DNA of 64,000 nucleotides from Rhizophagus irregularis (Eukaryota): contig NC_089433.1 in NCBI RefSeq assembly GCF_026210795.1, positions 4,278,001 through 4,342,000 of the forward strand. The letters are read 5' to 3'. This document shows, in pieces, positions 35,548 through 45,514 of this stretch (position 1 is the stretch's first letter; each line of letters begins with the position of its first letter). The position numbers were made by a program, and so were the translations under genes. The notes beneath the pieces were generated by a model, which did not search any database, was not told the origin of the DNA, and saw only the letters and a program-made list of their open reading frames with translations.

Positions 35548-36326
35548 ATCGTCTCTAGTGGATTGTTTAATATAGGTGGAGGAGGGTTCAATTGTCTAAT
35601 TCGAAACCATTGTACCTGAATTCTAAGAGCAGCTATCTGTTGGAAAAGTTTATTTCTAAGTCTCCCTAATGTCTGAATCCCAAAACGCACCCTATTATTA
35701 GCATGTGCTAGCTGTGCATTAACCTGTCCAAGTTGCGCATTAGCCAATACAAGTTGTCCTCCAGTCCGAGTAGCCCTCAGCCGCCAATGATTTAGAAGGA
35801 TATTACCACGATTCACAGCATTTTGAGCCTCATTACGATCCCTTACTGCTTGAGTATAATCTGCTTGTAATACATTACGTTCATGTCGTGCCTGATTACG
35901 TTCACCTATAGCCCGTCGACGAAACTCTACCATAGTATCATAATCTCTTTGCAGGTTATGGTTTTCTTCTATGAAATTATCATTGGCAGCACGTATAATA
36001 ACTAATTGACGTTCTAAATTAGTAAACGTTTCATCAAATGCATTTATCTTACCTTGTGCAAAAACTAACAAATCTTTTGTAATACCAAGTTCTTCATGTT
36101 TTGCTTTACAGCGATACATTAATATATTAATAATATGTTTGATTTGATTATTTGCCTCCTGTATCTCTGAATCAACAGTTAAACGACCCCTGGTAGTCAA
36201 TAAATTTGCATGAGCCTTTAGTATTCTAACTAATTCATCATCGTCTTTTTCATTGACCAAGTGTGCAGGAGGCGGTCCAGTAGGTTCTGAAGGAGTATAA
36301 ACTGGAATTGGTGTTGATGTCGACAT
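35529..36326 (-). CDS. 265-aa coiled-coil protein overlapping the Gag start
   Basis: Intact ORF with heptad-rich centre and Pro-rich ends; conserved in copy A. Confidence 0.75.
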   Translation of the reverse strand: MSTSTPIPVYTPSEPTGPPPAHLVNEKDDDELVRILKAHANLLTTRGRLTVDSEIQEANNQIKHIINILMYRCKAKHEELGITKDLLVFAQGKINAFDETFTNLERQLVIIRAANDNFIEENHNLQRDYDTMVEFRRRAIGERNQARHERNVLQADYTQAVRDRNEAQNAVNRGNILLNHWRLRATRTGGQLVLANAQLGQVNAQLAHANNRVRFGIQTLGRLRNKLFQQIAALRIQVQWFRIRQLNPPPPILNNPLETIWLPLR

Positions 36327-36357
36327 AGTATTTAAACTAAGTAAGAATAAAATTTAA

Positions 36358-37581
36358 ATGGATCTTTATGTATACAATTTGGACGAGTACACGACTGACT
36401 CAAGACAAGGCAATGAGTTTGCTCCATCATGGCCCTTTCGATTAGCCGTAGCAGGTAGCTCAGACTCAGGTAAGACAACTATGATCATTAACTTGTTAAT
36501 GGGTGACAAGAAGGCAAAGGAGGATGGTAATCGGTATGTACTATGTGATGCAGTACTTTTAGTTGGCAGATATCTTGACGAGCCGAAGTGGGCAGTTGTA
36601 CATGATTTTTTCAAAGAGGAGAAGATCCCATTCACTGCAGTAACCCATAGTGAGATTCCAGAGATTGACTCCTTCGACCCTACTCAAGCTACTGTGGTAA
36701 TCTTCGAGGATCTGATGGATGCACCTAAAAAAATCCAGGATCTCATCACTGGTTACTTTACACATGGACGACACAAAAATATTTCATATATTTATGTAGC
36801 CCAAAGATTCTTTGCCATGCCTAAGGCTATTCGAGAAAATGTTAACTACATCTCACTGCATGGAGGTCATGGGAGCCTTACAGATACTAAGAGAATCATC
36901 CGCCTATATACAGAAGAATCAGAGTCATTAGCACCAGTAATTGATGATCTTACTCTGCAACGTGAATTTGTAGTGTTTGATCTTAGACGGTCTAAAAGTG
37001 ATCCACTGTCCATTCGAGTAAGATGGGATACTAGTCTCAGTTCGATCACAGAGCAATCTCAGTTCAATCCTAGTTCAATCTCAGTTCAATCTCAGTTTGA
37101 TCCAAGTTTGAACCCAGTTCGATCTCAGTCTGAACCCAGTTCAATCACAGTTCGATCCAAGTTTAGTCCCTATGGTCAGAAAGCTGTATCTGAAGCAAAA
37201 AAAGGTGGACACTTGATTGAATTTGCTCGGGTATTTCCATCCCCTAAAGAGCGTCAACATTTACTTGTACCTGGTGTCTTAGCCAAGAATACAGATACCT
37301 GGATTAAATTTGTCTTTCGGGAAGCTTATGGACTTTCTGGTAAGACCCTAGGAGCTGACTTTCAGGACTTCTTAGCAAAAGTACAGGGTAGGACTGCAAA
37401 GACTGAAACTCTGAAAACTGAGAATGTGAAGGAGTTATTCTCCCGATATGAAGCCCTGAAGTCTAGTCGCCCTCTGGATAATAAAAAAATAATAGAAGGT
37501 ATTGAAGATCTTCTACAGATCTTTTCTAAGAGCCACATGGACCGTCGAGCATTACAAGTAGGGATTAATAGTATCTTGTGA
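36358..37581 (+). CDS. A32/FtsK-HerA-like genome-packaging ATPase with C-terminal extension
   Basis: PFRLAVAGSSDSGKTT Walker A, VVIFED Walker B, FTHGRHKNIS.IYVAQ.FF..PKAIRENVNY signature of Polinton/NCLDV packaging ATPases. Confidence 0.92.
   Translation: MDLYVYNLDEYTTDSRQGNEFAPSWPFRLAVAGSSDSGKTTMIINLLMGDKKAKEDGNRYVLCDAVLLVGRYLDEPKWAVVHDFFKEEKIPFTAVTHSEIPEIDSFDPTQATVVIFEDLMDAPKKIQDLITGYFTHGRHKNISYIYVAQRFFAMPKAIRENVNYISLHGGHGSLTDTKRIIRLYTEESESLAPVIDDLTLQREFVVFDLRRSKSDPLSIRVRWDTSLSSITEQSQFNPSSISVQSQFDPSLNPVRSQSEPSSITVRSKFSPYGQKAVSEAKKGGHLIEFARVFPSPKERQHLLVPGVLAKNTDTWIKFVFREAYGLSGKTLGADFQDFLAKVQGRTAKTETLKTENVKELFSRYEALKSSRPLDNKKIIEGIEDLLQIFSKSHMDRRALQVGINSIL
37036..37167 (+). repeat. 12 x 11-bp tandem array inside the ATPase gene (also 10627-10758 in copy A)
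   Basis: Units CTCAGTTCGAT, CACAGAGCAAT, CTCAGTTCAAT, CCTAGTTCAAT ... CCAAGTTTAGT. Confidence 0.85.
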
Positions 37582-38125
37582 GAATATCAAGTAATTCGTC
37601 TGCAGAAGCTCTAAGAATCATAGCACTTTTTTTACGGCCTTCAAAGTCAATCCTTAACATCTTAGCCTTCAACCCTATTGCTCCTAAGGCACGAGAAGCA
37701 AAGTTCTTAGTCATTGAATTACTTATATGATTTACATAGTTCTCATAGAATGTATTGAAAGGCTCGTCGATACCATCTGGATATGTACCCCTTAGAAATT
37801 GATATAAGGCAATTTCTCCACTATCACAACCTATGGCTATAAGCTGTTCGAGAAGCCACTTCCTAATATCTTCATATGGCTCTCCATCCATAATTTTCAT
37901 ATCCAGTCTTTGTGAAAACAATTGTGTAAAGTCCACATTACTTGCCCGACGAATGATCTGAACTAACTTATCCCTAGCAAGTCCCAAGGCTTGTAGAGGG
38001 TCATTCTCATCATTAATCTTCTTTATAATCTGTCTGTATAATACACTGGATAATCCTCTATGTGCTGTTTTTGGAGTGATTACTCCACAGTTTTGGCACT
38101 GGTTTATTACGATTGATGTTGACAT
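37565..38125 (-). CDS. Hypothetical 186-aa protein
   Basis: Intact in both copies; its 3' end overlaps the ATPase convergently. Confidence 0.7.
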   Translation of the reverse strand: MSTSIVINQCQNCGVITPKTAHRGLSSVLYRQIIKKINDENDPLQALGLARDKLVQIIRRASNVDFTQLFSQRLDMKIMDGEPYEDIRKWLLEQLIAIGCDSGEIALYQFLRGTYPDGIDEPFNTFYENYVNHISNSMTKNFASRALGAIGLKAKMLRIDFEGRKKSAMILRASADELLDILTRYY

Positions 38126-38170
38126 GGCTATCTTTCTTTATGTAAAAAAGAATTATTCAAAATTAAGTAA

Positions 38171-38752
38171 CTATTCGGAGCAGTCCTTGCACAACTTGTC
38201 CGTTAAGTCACTTGGGCTTACAGGCATGAGACATTCCTTACACAACTCAATATTAAGCTCTGCAAGTCTCGGGGTATGGTCCTCCAAAGTTCGTGGATGA
38301 CCGGAAGGACCAGAGGAAGGTGTCCCATTAGTCGTATCTTGCTGTAAGATAAAATCATCATATTCATCTTGGTCAGCCTGAATAGCGGCCCTGATTTGTT
38401 GTATATCATTGAAAGTTAACCGCTGCCCATCAAGATTTTCCTCATTATAGCGTGTTTCATTGATGATTTCCTCTATAAGCGCCTCTTTTTCATAATGGAC
38501 AAGGTAGTAATCCTCAACTACCTCATAGTCACTCTCAATCAGTCTATGATATGTTCTAGTACCACGTCAAATATAACGTCCTGTATCTGTATTTAAATAT
38601 ACAGGTTGCTCTTCAGGTGGAGGTGCAGTTTGTCTACGGACAAGCCTTCCATCAATATAATCATGGGATTCCATAACTATTCGATTAAAGGTATCTCCAC
38701 CAACACAGATTGGACGTCCAGTTATAGGATTAGTTATATAAGGGTATGACAT
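38171..38752 (-). pseudogene. NPxTGR-repeat / zinc finger protein, copy B (nonsense at 38567-38569)
   Basis: Homologous to the intact 11762-12343; CGA>TGA. Confidence 0.72.
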
Positions 38753-38809
38753 GTCTTTTTTCTGTACGTGTCTACATACCTAATTGTTATCTTCAATTTA
38801 CAATAACCA

Positions 38810-39020
38810 AGTGACATCGTCATCAGTCGTTATCAAAAAAAATGCAAGAATACCTGATGATGAGGTTACATGGTCATCAGTCCTTATCAAAAATGCAAGG
38901 ATACCTGATGATAAGGTTACATGGTCATCAATCCTTGTCGAAAAAATGCAAGGATACCTGATGATAAGGTTACATGGTCATCAGTCCTTGTCAAGAAATA
39001 TGAGGATACCCGATAAATAA
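38810..39020. repeat. Intergenic ~50-bp tandem repeats (GATACCTGATGATAAGGTTACATGGTCATCAGTCCTT...)
   Basis: About four degenerate units; copy A has one unit fewer and received the LINE here. Confidence 0.8.
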
Positions 39021-39040
39021 GCTACTCCTGTTGAGTCCAT

Positions 39041-39439
39041 TCATTCCACTCCCCAAGGGTCGCCTCCCCATCTTTGTTCACTTAATGCATGCTCTATGGT
39101 TTCCCTTTCCTGGGGGTTCACAACCATCCCATTCCTAAGCATTTTCTCCATAATATAAAGCTGATCCTCGGTGAGGCGGTCTATCCAGTTTTTATAGGAG
39201 TCATTTACATCTTCAAATGTCATCCACTCAATATCCCCCTTTTCAAACCGCTTTCCAAGAGCCTGGATTTCCCAGTACACATCCCCGATCGTAGTAGCGT
39301 AATTTTTCCATCTCTTATATGCTTCTTGACGAACCTCCTGCCACCACACACTATCTACTTTACTCGCTGCAATAAGGTCAGTATCTGGGATCTTTGCAAC
39401 AATGCGTTCGACTATTTCTACTGGTAATCGGTCCAACAT
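39041..39439 (-). CDS. F-box-like protein 1
   Basis: MLDRLPVEIVERIVAKIPDTDLIAASKVDSVW matches the F-box consensus L..LP.E+...I...L...DL.....V...W. Confidence 0.78.
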   Translation of the reverse strand: MLDRLPVEIVERIVAKIPDTDLIAASKVDSVWWQEVRQEAYKRWKNYATTIGDVYWEIQALGKRFEKGDIEWMTFEDVNDSYKNWIDRLTEDQLYIMEKMLRNGMVVNPQERETIEHALSEQRWGGDPWGVE

Positions 39440-39532
39440 GATGTTATGTTACTTATACTATAGCCATCTTCAATTACTGTATGCCCATTACAAATGGATA
39501 AAAAATATAAACTAAATTCGTACAGGAGCCGC

Positions 39533-40003
39533 TTATGCAAGAAGTTCTGCTAAGGTTTTCTCAGCCTCATTCATAGTGACAGCTCGCTTTGGGGGACCTG
39601 TTAATGAGTCCTTAGTTACATTATAATACAACTCGAAGAGGGCCTCAAGTTTGTCTAAAAGAGCTTGTTTATTCTTGTATGATTCACGAATCTTTGCTAT
39701 CTTAGCAGTATATGCTGCATTATCTGGGAAGAGTTTTTTGGCCACGAACTTCACATATGATACAGGAGACTTTGCTGTCTGGATTCTCTTGATATACTTC
39801 ACATGATCCTGGACAAGGTAGCTGGTTTTGCTAAACCCAGATACTAATGTGACTACTATAGTGTCTTTCAATGCACGGATAATCTTGAGGACAGTTTCAT
39901 CAGAGACAATGGTGAACTGATTGCATGATGCATCATAAATAACTTCATCACTAATGCTGTCAGTGCGGTTAATAACGCTTGCTAATTCAGTATATGTTGA
40001 CAT
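39533..40003 (-). CDS. Hypothetical 156-aa protein
   Basis: Intact ORF; homologous region present in copy A. Confidence 0.7.
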   Translation of the reverse strand: MSTYTELASVINRTDSISDEVIYDASCNQFTIVSDETVLKIIRALKDTIVVTLVSGFSKTSYLVQDHVKYIKRIQTAKSPVSYVKFVAKKLFPDNAAYTAKIAKIRESYKNKQALLDKLEALFELYYNVTKDSLTGPPKRAVTMNEAEKTLAELLA

Positions 40004-40116
40004 GATTCCTTATACTTTTTTGTACTTTGTAATAAATAGGAATCTTCAAATTGACTTTACATTCAAGCAAGAAAAAATATATATACCTACTGTAAATCCA
40101 ACTGCATTCTTGGCAA

Positions 40117-41973
40117 TCATGTCCAGATAACCTTGTTTGCATTTTTCACATGGCAGTATCCTGCGGTTTCAAACTTGAGAGCTTTCAATGCTTTGGATGC
40201 ATTTTCTGGACAAGTGATAAGTGTAGGACTACTCGGCTGTTCCTCTAGAATAAATCCATCTGTATGGATGCGTCGTACTTTATCCTTATATAGTTCTAAT
40301 AACTCTGAAGTCGTCTTCTGACCATGTGCTAATAAGAATGGAGCGATCCTAGGATACTCACCCTTGAAGGGACTACCTGGGTTTGTGAACTGGAATCGCC
40401 ACTGGTCAAATCCTACTGGTACGATGGAGTCAAGTGTGTGGCCTTCTGGAAACTTGAATGGATCTGTTTGATCTGTGGTGAGTGTCTTGTAATTGCGTTT
40501 CCTCTGGCAGAGTGCTCCCCATAGTGTATTGAGAACTCTCTTTGCAACACGACCGGCCACGCCACCCTGGTTCTTTATATTGAAGAGAAAGTGAACATAC
40601 TCACCAAATATTACAGTCCCAGGAATTCTTGCTTCTCTGTCATATATCAAGGCATTTGGCTTTCCATCCTGGATTAACTGTATATCGAGACCAAGTTTCT
40701 TTGCTCGTTGTAAGTCAATGAATGTATAGACTCCCCTCTTATTCTGTCAGAAGAGAATGTCATTACCACTTACCTTGGCACGAAATAATCCATACAAGGC
40801 ATAACCTCTGTGGTCTACAAAGTCTTTGAGTATTTGAAACTTACCTTGTCGGATTGGAAAGTTTGCATTTGATTGCTGAATACTTGGATACAAACTTGTC
40901 ATGTCGTATTGTCTTCCATAGCCCTTCCATTCATTATCTGCCCAGATAAGACCTCCCATCATTGCATCACTTATCCACTCTGCTTCGACTGGGTCAAGAG
41001 GATCATTGGCTGGAACCCCTACACTAAACTGTTCAAAAAGCCAGAGTGCAGTTCTCTTGTACGACCAGTTGTGGTAAGATAAGTCGATTCCTAGACCGAA
41101 CTTCTTTGTAGCCTGTAGAAAGGAATCCCGCTCTTCATGGATCCTCTGGTATGTTTCCTCAAGTGTTTCATATATTCCAGTTTTACGATTCTTCTCAATA
41201 GGGATGAAGGAGTAACTATCAGAGTTCTTACCTTTCTGAAACTGTCCAACTGTAAGAGACTTAACTGTCTTACCATTGTATATTGTTACTACATTATTAA
41301 CCCCATCTTCACGATAAACAAAGGGAGACTTTTGTTTTCTATCTAATTTACTAGGGTGAAGTCTTCCGGGATTCAGTGCAAGAGAGTAGTGGCCTTCAGA
41401 CAGGATGAGGGTTGCACGTCTGTCAGATTTGCTCTTGGAAATTCGAGTGGAATCCCCTACAATATTAAGTGCAAGGCTTCCTGCAAGTTGTTCAACCTTA
41501 TCCATATATGAGACTGGAACTGGAGCATCACGATTGAGACCTAATGCCTTTTTGATATATTCAGGCTTTTTTATAGTCTCGGGTATTTTAGAGAATATAC
41601 CATAGATATGCTTCAGGCATTCATACAGGCAATCATTTAGCTTCCCATTGCATCCCCCTGCAACCGGTGGAGCATCTCTCACATAAATTATGAATCGTTC
41701 AAAGTAATCAGGATCTGCATCATCCGGTAGTTGTGCTTCATCATAGTGGTTTAAGAGTGAGAAGAGGCTGGCTGGTTGGTTTCCTGATGTCCATCTACCG
41801 GGTTTCCAGTTTTCATAGGGGAGCAGGATCTGAAATTTATGTGTCGGATACCGGGATTGGAGTCGCTGTCCAAGTCTTGCTATTACTCCTCTGGAAAATC
41901 TTGCGCCTGAATACTGTAATTCTTTGATATCCGGTCTTGTAGGTAAAGCACGGACAATCTCTGAATAAACCAT
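40117..41973 (-). pseudogene. Compact family B DNA polymerase, protein-primed type (618 codons; single CGA>TGA at 40747-40749)
   Basis: Motif A YDMTSLYP, motif B KRVLNTLWG, motif C IHTDG, pre-A AMMGG; the two ORFs are in frame and copy A has Arg at the stop position. Confidence 0.88.
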
Positions 41974-42037
41974 TTGATGTATTTATGAATTGTGTTCAGT
42001 TGTAATATAGGTTTTTTATACAAAAAATATAAGATAA

Positions 42038-44106
42038 CTAAGAAGTGCTTATCTTATTAAAAGGAGTCAATCTTGCTGCATACACGATCAAGATCCTCTT
42101 CATCCCAGTCATCGACGATTCCATTGGCAGCTTCCCATTCACGTTCCATATCAGTTTTTGGACATTCCTCTGGAATTTCTCGTGCTTTACCTTATTCATC
42201 TTCATAGTTTCATAACCAGAGGTGGTAGGGATAATCTCGGCATCACGATCCTCCTTGTATACTCTTATTAGATCTGCAAGCTCTTTACGGCTAGGTGTTT
42301 TAGATAAGTATCCATTATATTCGATCCAGTCCTTGAAGCGGTCTACTACTTCCCTAAGGTAGTACTGGTACTCGTCTTCAATACGTGTTGTGGGACATTC
42401 CTCTACTTCAAACGCGAGTATTTCCAAGTCATACTCGTCTGACGCGTTTTGGTACTTAGCCCATAAATCCTTACCTGTATTGTAGAGATCATTGAAGACC
42501 TGGTCCTTTGAATTCTTGACCCATGGCTTATAATCCCATCGGTGCCTTTCATGCCAAGCCCAGTGTGCTCGAGTACCTTCCTTTGGTTCAGGGTCCCAGT
42601 CAACTTCTAGTTCTGTGTCGGGTTCTGGGATAGGTTGCTCTTCAGGAGCCGGTTCTGGGTCAGGATTAGTGACAGATGCAGAAGATTCTGCGGGAGACTC
42701 GGATTGTTGTTCAGGAGCCAGTTCTGGGTCAGGCTTAGTGACAGATGCAGAAGATTCTGCGGGAGACTCGGGTTGTTGTTCAGGAGCTGGGTTCACAGTT
42801 GTAAAATCTGAGTCAGATAGCAAGTCATCTAAAACGTCATAGTCATCATCAGCTTTAAATGCAGGTTCCTCAGCAGGCGGCTCATTTTCTTGATCAGGTT
42901 CCTCATCAGATAGATAACAGTCCGAGAAGCTATCTATAGGTTCATCAGTATCTGACTCTATAGGAGCTGGAGATTCCTCAGGAATAGGATCCTCATTGAT
43001 GACAGGTGCGGGTTTTACCTTCAAGCAATCGGGCTTAAGTGGTACTGGTGGTGGAGTCTTTTTGGAAACTGGTTTCTCTTCAGTAGGCTTCTTCTCGACA
43101 GGAGCGGGTTTTTCCTCAGCAGGTTTCTCTTGTACGTCTTGTGGATTATTAGCAGGAATGCTATGTATATTTGCCAAGAACTTCTCTAAGGCTTTGGGAT
43201 CAGATGCGGGTTTCTCAGGAGTATCTATATCAATTCCTTCTATATCGATTTCATCTGTTTCATGTATCCAGTTTTTGCCAAGAAACTTCTTGTATAGATC
43301 CTCCCTAGATATACTGTAAACTTGTGGTGTTGTTTTACCTATACGCATTTTTTTACTTTTTATACTTAGCTCATTTGATAGGATTCTGGATGCATTGATC
43401 TTTGATAGGGGTGAAATGCAATGAGTTTCACAGTATGAAGTATATACCCTATAAAATTCTTGAATAGGTAGGTCGGTTATATGATTTTTTACTATGAGGT
43501 AAGTGTCCTTTATGAATTGAAATAGGGGTGGGAGAGTCGATATGATGTGATCCTGCTTAGATGTTATCATAGGTGGTGGATTCCCATTGAAGTCTGGGTA
43601 AGCGTCTGCAATGGCTCTCAAGTAAGCATAGAATGCCTCACTGGCGCCTGGATATTTCATAGCATCACCGAGTTTCTTAAAGTAGTTGAGGTCTCCCTTG
43701 CGGGATGGTGACACATCCAAGAACACTGTGCGCCTATCATCATTCTCCACTCTGAGAGCATTTTCATTGGTGAGTACAATGGTGGATATAAAGTTTTTGT
43801 AATGTGTTGGCGTCTTGTATTTTTCATGGATTTCCATTATGTCACCTGTTAACTTATCCTTCAACGATCGATACAGATTATTCCACTGGCTTTTTTCTGT
43901 AGGCATTTTCTCAAGGAGGAGAAGAACCTTACCTTGTAATTGCCCATTGAAACTTCCAAGAATCGTTTGAGGATCGCTGGTCTTATAAACAAGTTGAGTA
44001 CCTAAGACACTACGTTGAATGAAATCTGTTATAATACTCTTACCCCAACCCTGTCCAGATTTCAGGTAGAGAATCGAATACATTTTCCTTCCAGCTGCCA
44101 CACCGG
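42038..44106 (-). pseudogene. SF3/D5-like helicase, 3' part (interrupted by the LTR element)
   Basis: GQGWGKS, LLLLE, LTNEN, DDRR; winged-helix-like segment and Pro/Glu repeats; 1-nt deletion near 42190. Confidence 0.88.
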
Positions 44107-45484
44107 TGTCACCCCCGTCTGCCACCCGGCGGTAAACAAAGTTCCCTGCTTCTGTTATATGTGCTCTCAGCGAAACATTAACATTCTTGCTTGGTTTAGT
44201 TTTATTACTACTTAACTTTCAAATTGCGATAGCTCTCGCCACGATATTTCATCCATTATCTTCTTTCAAAATACGATAGTTCTCTTTACAAAAGTTTATA
44301 TTTTATTCATTTCATAATTCTTGTTATGACATTAAATTCACCATGAATTTGTCCAATTAAAATTAATTAAGCGAACATTACAGTAAAGTTTAGGGCGAAC
44401 CTATTACCTTTAAAATAACATTACGCTTTACTAACAATTAATTAAACAAAATTACTTTTTCATCATAGGAAAATAGTAACAAAAACAATCGAAACAATTA
44501 ATTTTCATATAAAGGGTATTTTATTTATTCTTCATAAAATTCACAATTTAACTAATTTACTTAAAGTTTTACATCGTATCTGACGACTGTGGAATTCACC
44601 TCCCATTCCGCTCCTATTTAAACCAACTTTCTTATTCTTTCTTTTCTTACTTCTTATTTCTTTCTAATATTTTATATGTTATCTTTTATGCGCTATCTTA
44701 TATGCTATTTATATATTATCTTTTCTAATATGTTATACTATTTTAATACGCTATCTTTTCTTTAAAATAAAATAATCTTTCAAATATTATATCGTAAAGA
44801 TCCATCTTTTGTGGCTATGCTATCTTTTCTTTAAAATAAAATAATCTTTCGAATATTATATCGTAAAGATCCATCTTTTGTGGCTGTGCTATCTTTTCTT
44901 TAAAATAAAATAATCTTTCAAATATTATATCGTAAAGATCCATCTTTTGTGGCTGTGCTATCTTTTCTTTAAAATAAAATAATCTTTCAAATATTATATC
45001 GTAAAGATCCATCTTTTGTGGCTGTGCTATCTTTTCTTTAAAATAAAATAATCTTTCAAATATTATATCGTAAAGATCCATCTTTTGTGGCTGTGCTATC
45101 TTTTCTTCTGCGTCTCGTCAGCTATTCTTCTACTGCGGCTGCAGTTCATCAATATTTTACATGTTCCTATTTTTTTTGTTCCTTTAATTCGCTATCCTTC
45201 CTTTTTATATGATTTATCATTTGTGGCTTATGATTACTCCTCCTAATTGTTCCTATTGTTGAACTTGATAAACTGGTTGCTAAGCCACATCGATCAACTC
45301 CCCACTTGATCTATTGGTTCCCCGTTAATCATTTAATAAACATTACATCATGTAGATCATTCCTTCTCCTAAAAGTTTATCCTTTCCGGTTAGTTTTATC
45401 CAATCATGTGACTTTCTATCGTTTGATCTTTTATTCCATATTATTCCTCCATATTATGCGATTACTTCAGCATCTATGGCTACA
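44107..45484 (-). repeat. 3' LTR (1378 bp)
   Basis: TGTCACCCCC...GGCTACA; no differences seen by eye from 55786-57163. Confidence 0.96.
44750..45107. repeat. Five-plus copies of a 69-bp tandem repeat inside the LTR (also 56429-56786)
   Basis: GCTATCTTTTCTTTAAAATAAAATAATC... unit starts at 44750, 44819, 44888, 44957, 45026 and partially at 45095. Confidence 0.92.
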
Positions 45485-45499
45485 GTTTGCCCCCCACCT
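45485..45499 (-). promoter_or_regulatory. Polypurine tract
   Basis: Minus strand AGGTGGGGGGCAAAC immediately before the 3' LTR. Confidence 0.8.
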
Positions 45500-45514
45500 A
45501 AAATTTGAGTCCCA

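Noticed and set aside
32263..36326. Integrase, protease and Gag read as a decayed LTR retrotransposon inserted in a Polinton
   Set aside because: Integrase is on the opposite strand and Polinton-like; there is no RT, RNase H, LTR, PBS or TSD; the genes are tightly packed and identically arranged in both copies.
38810..39020. CRISPR-like appearance of spaced repeats (also 44750-45107 and 61800-62960)
   Set aside because: No unique spacers, no cas genes, and the context is eukaryotic TEs.
42038..44125. 695-aa ORF starting MADGGDT and 57133-57744 ORF ending AVAIDAEVIA, taken as intact genes
   Set aside because: These ends are read from LTR sequence; both are halves of one interrupted helicase gene.
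44815..45081. 88-aa repetitive ORF (also 56494-56760)
   Set aside because: It is a translation of the 69-bp LTR tandem repeat; there is no independent evidence of coding.
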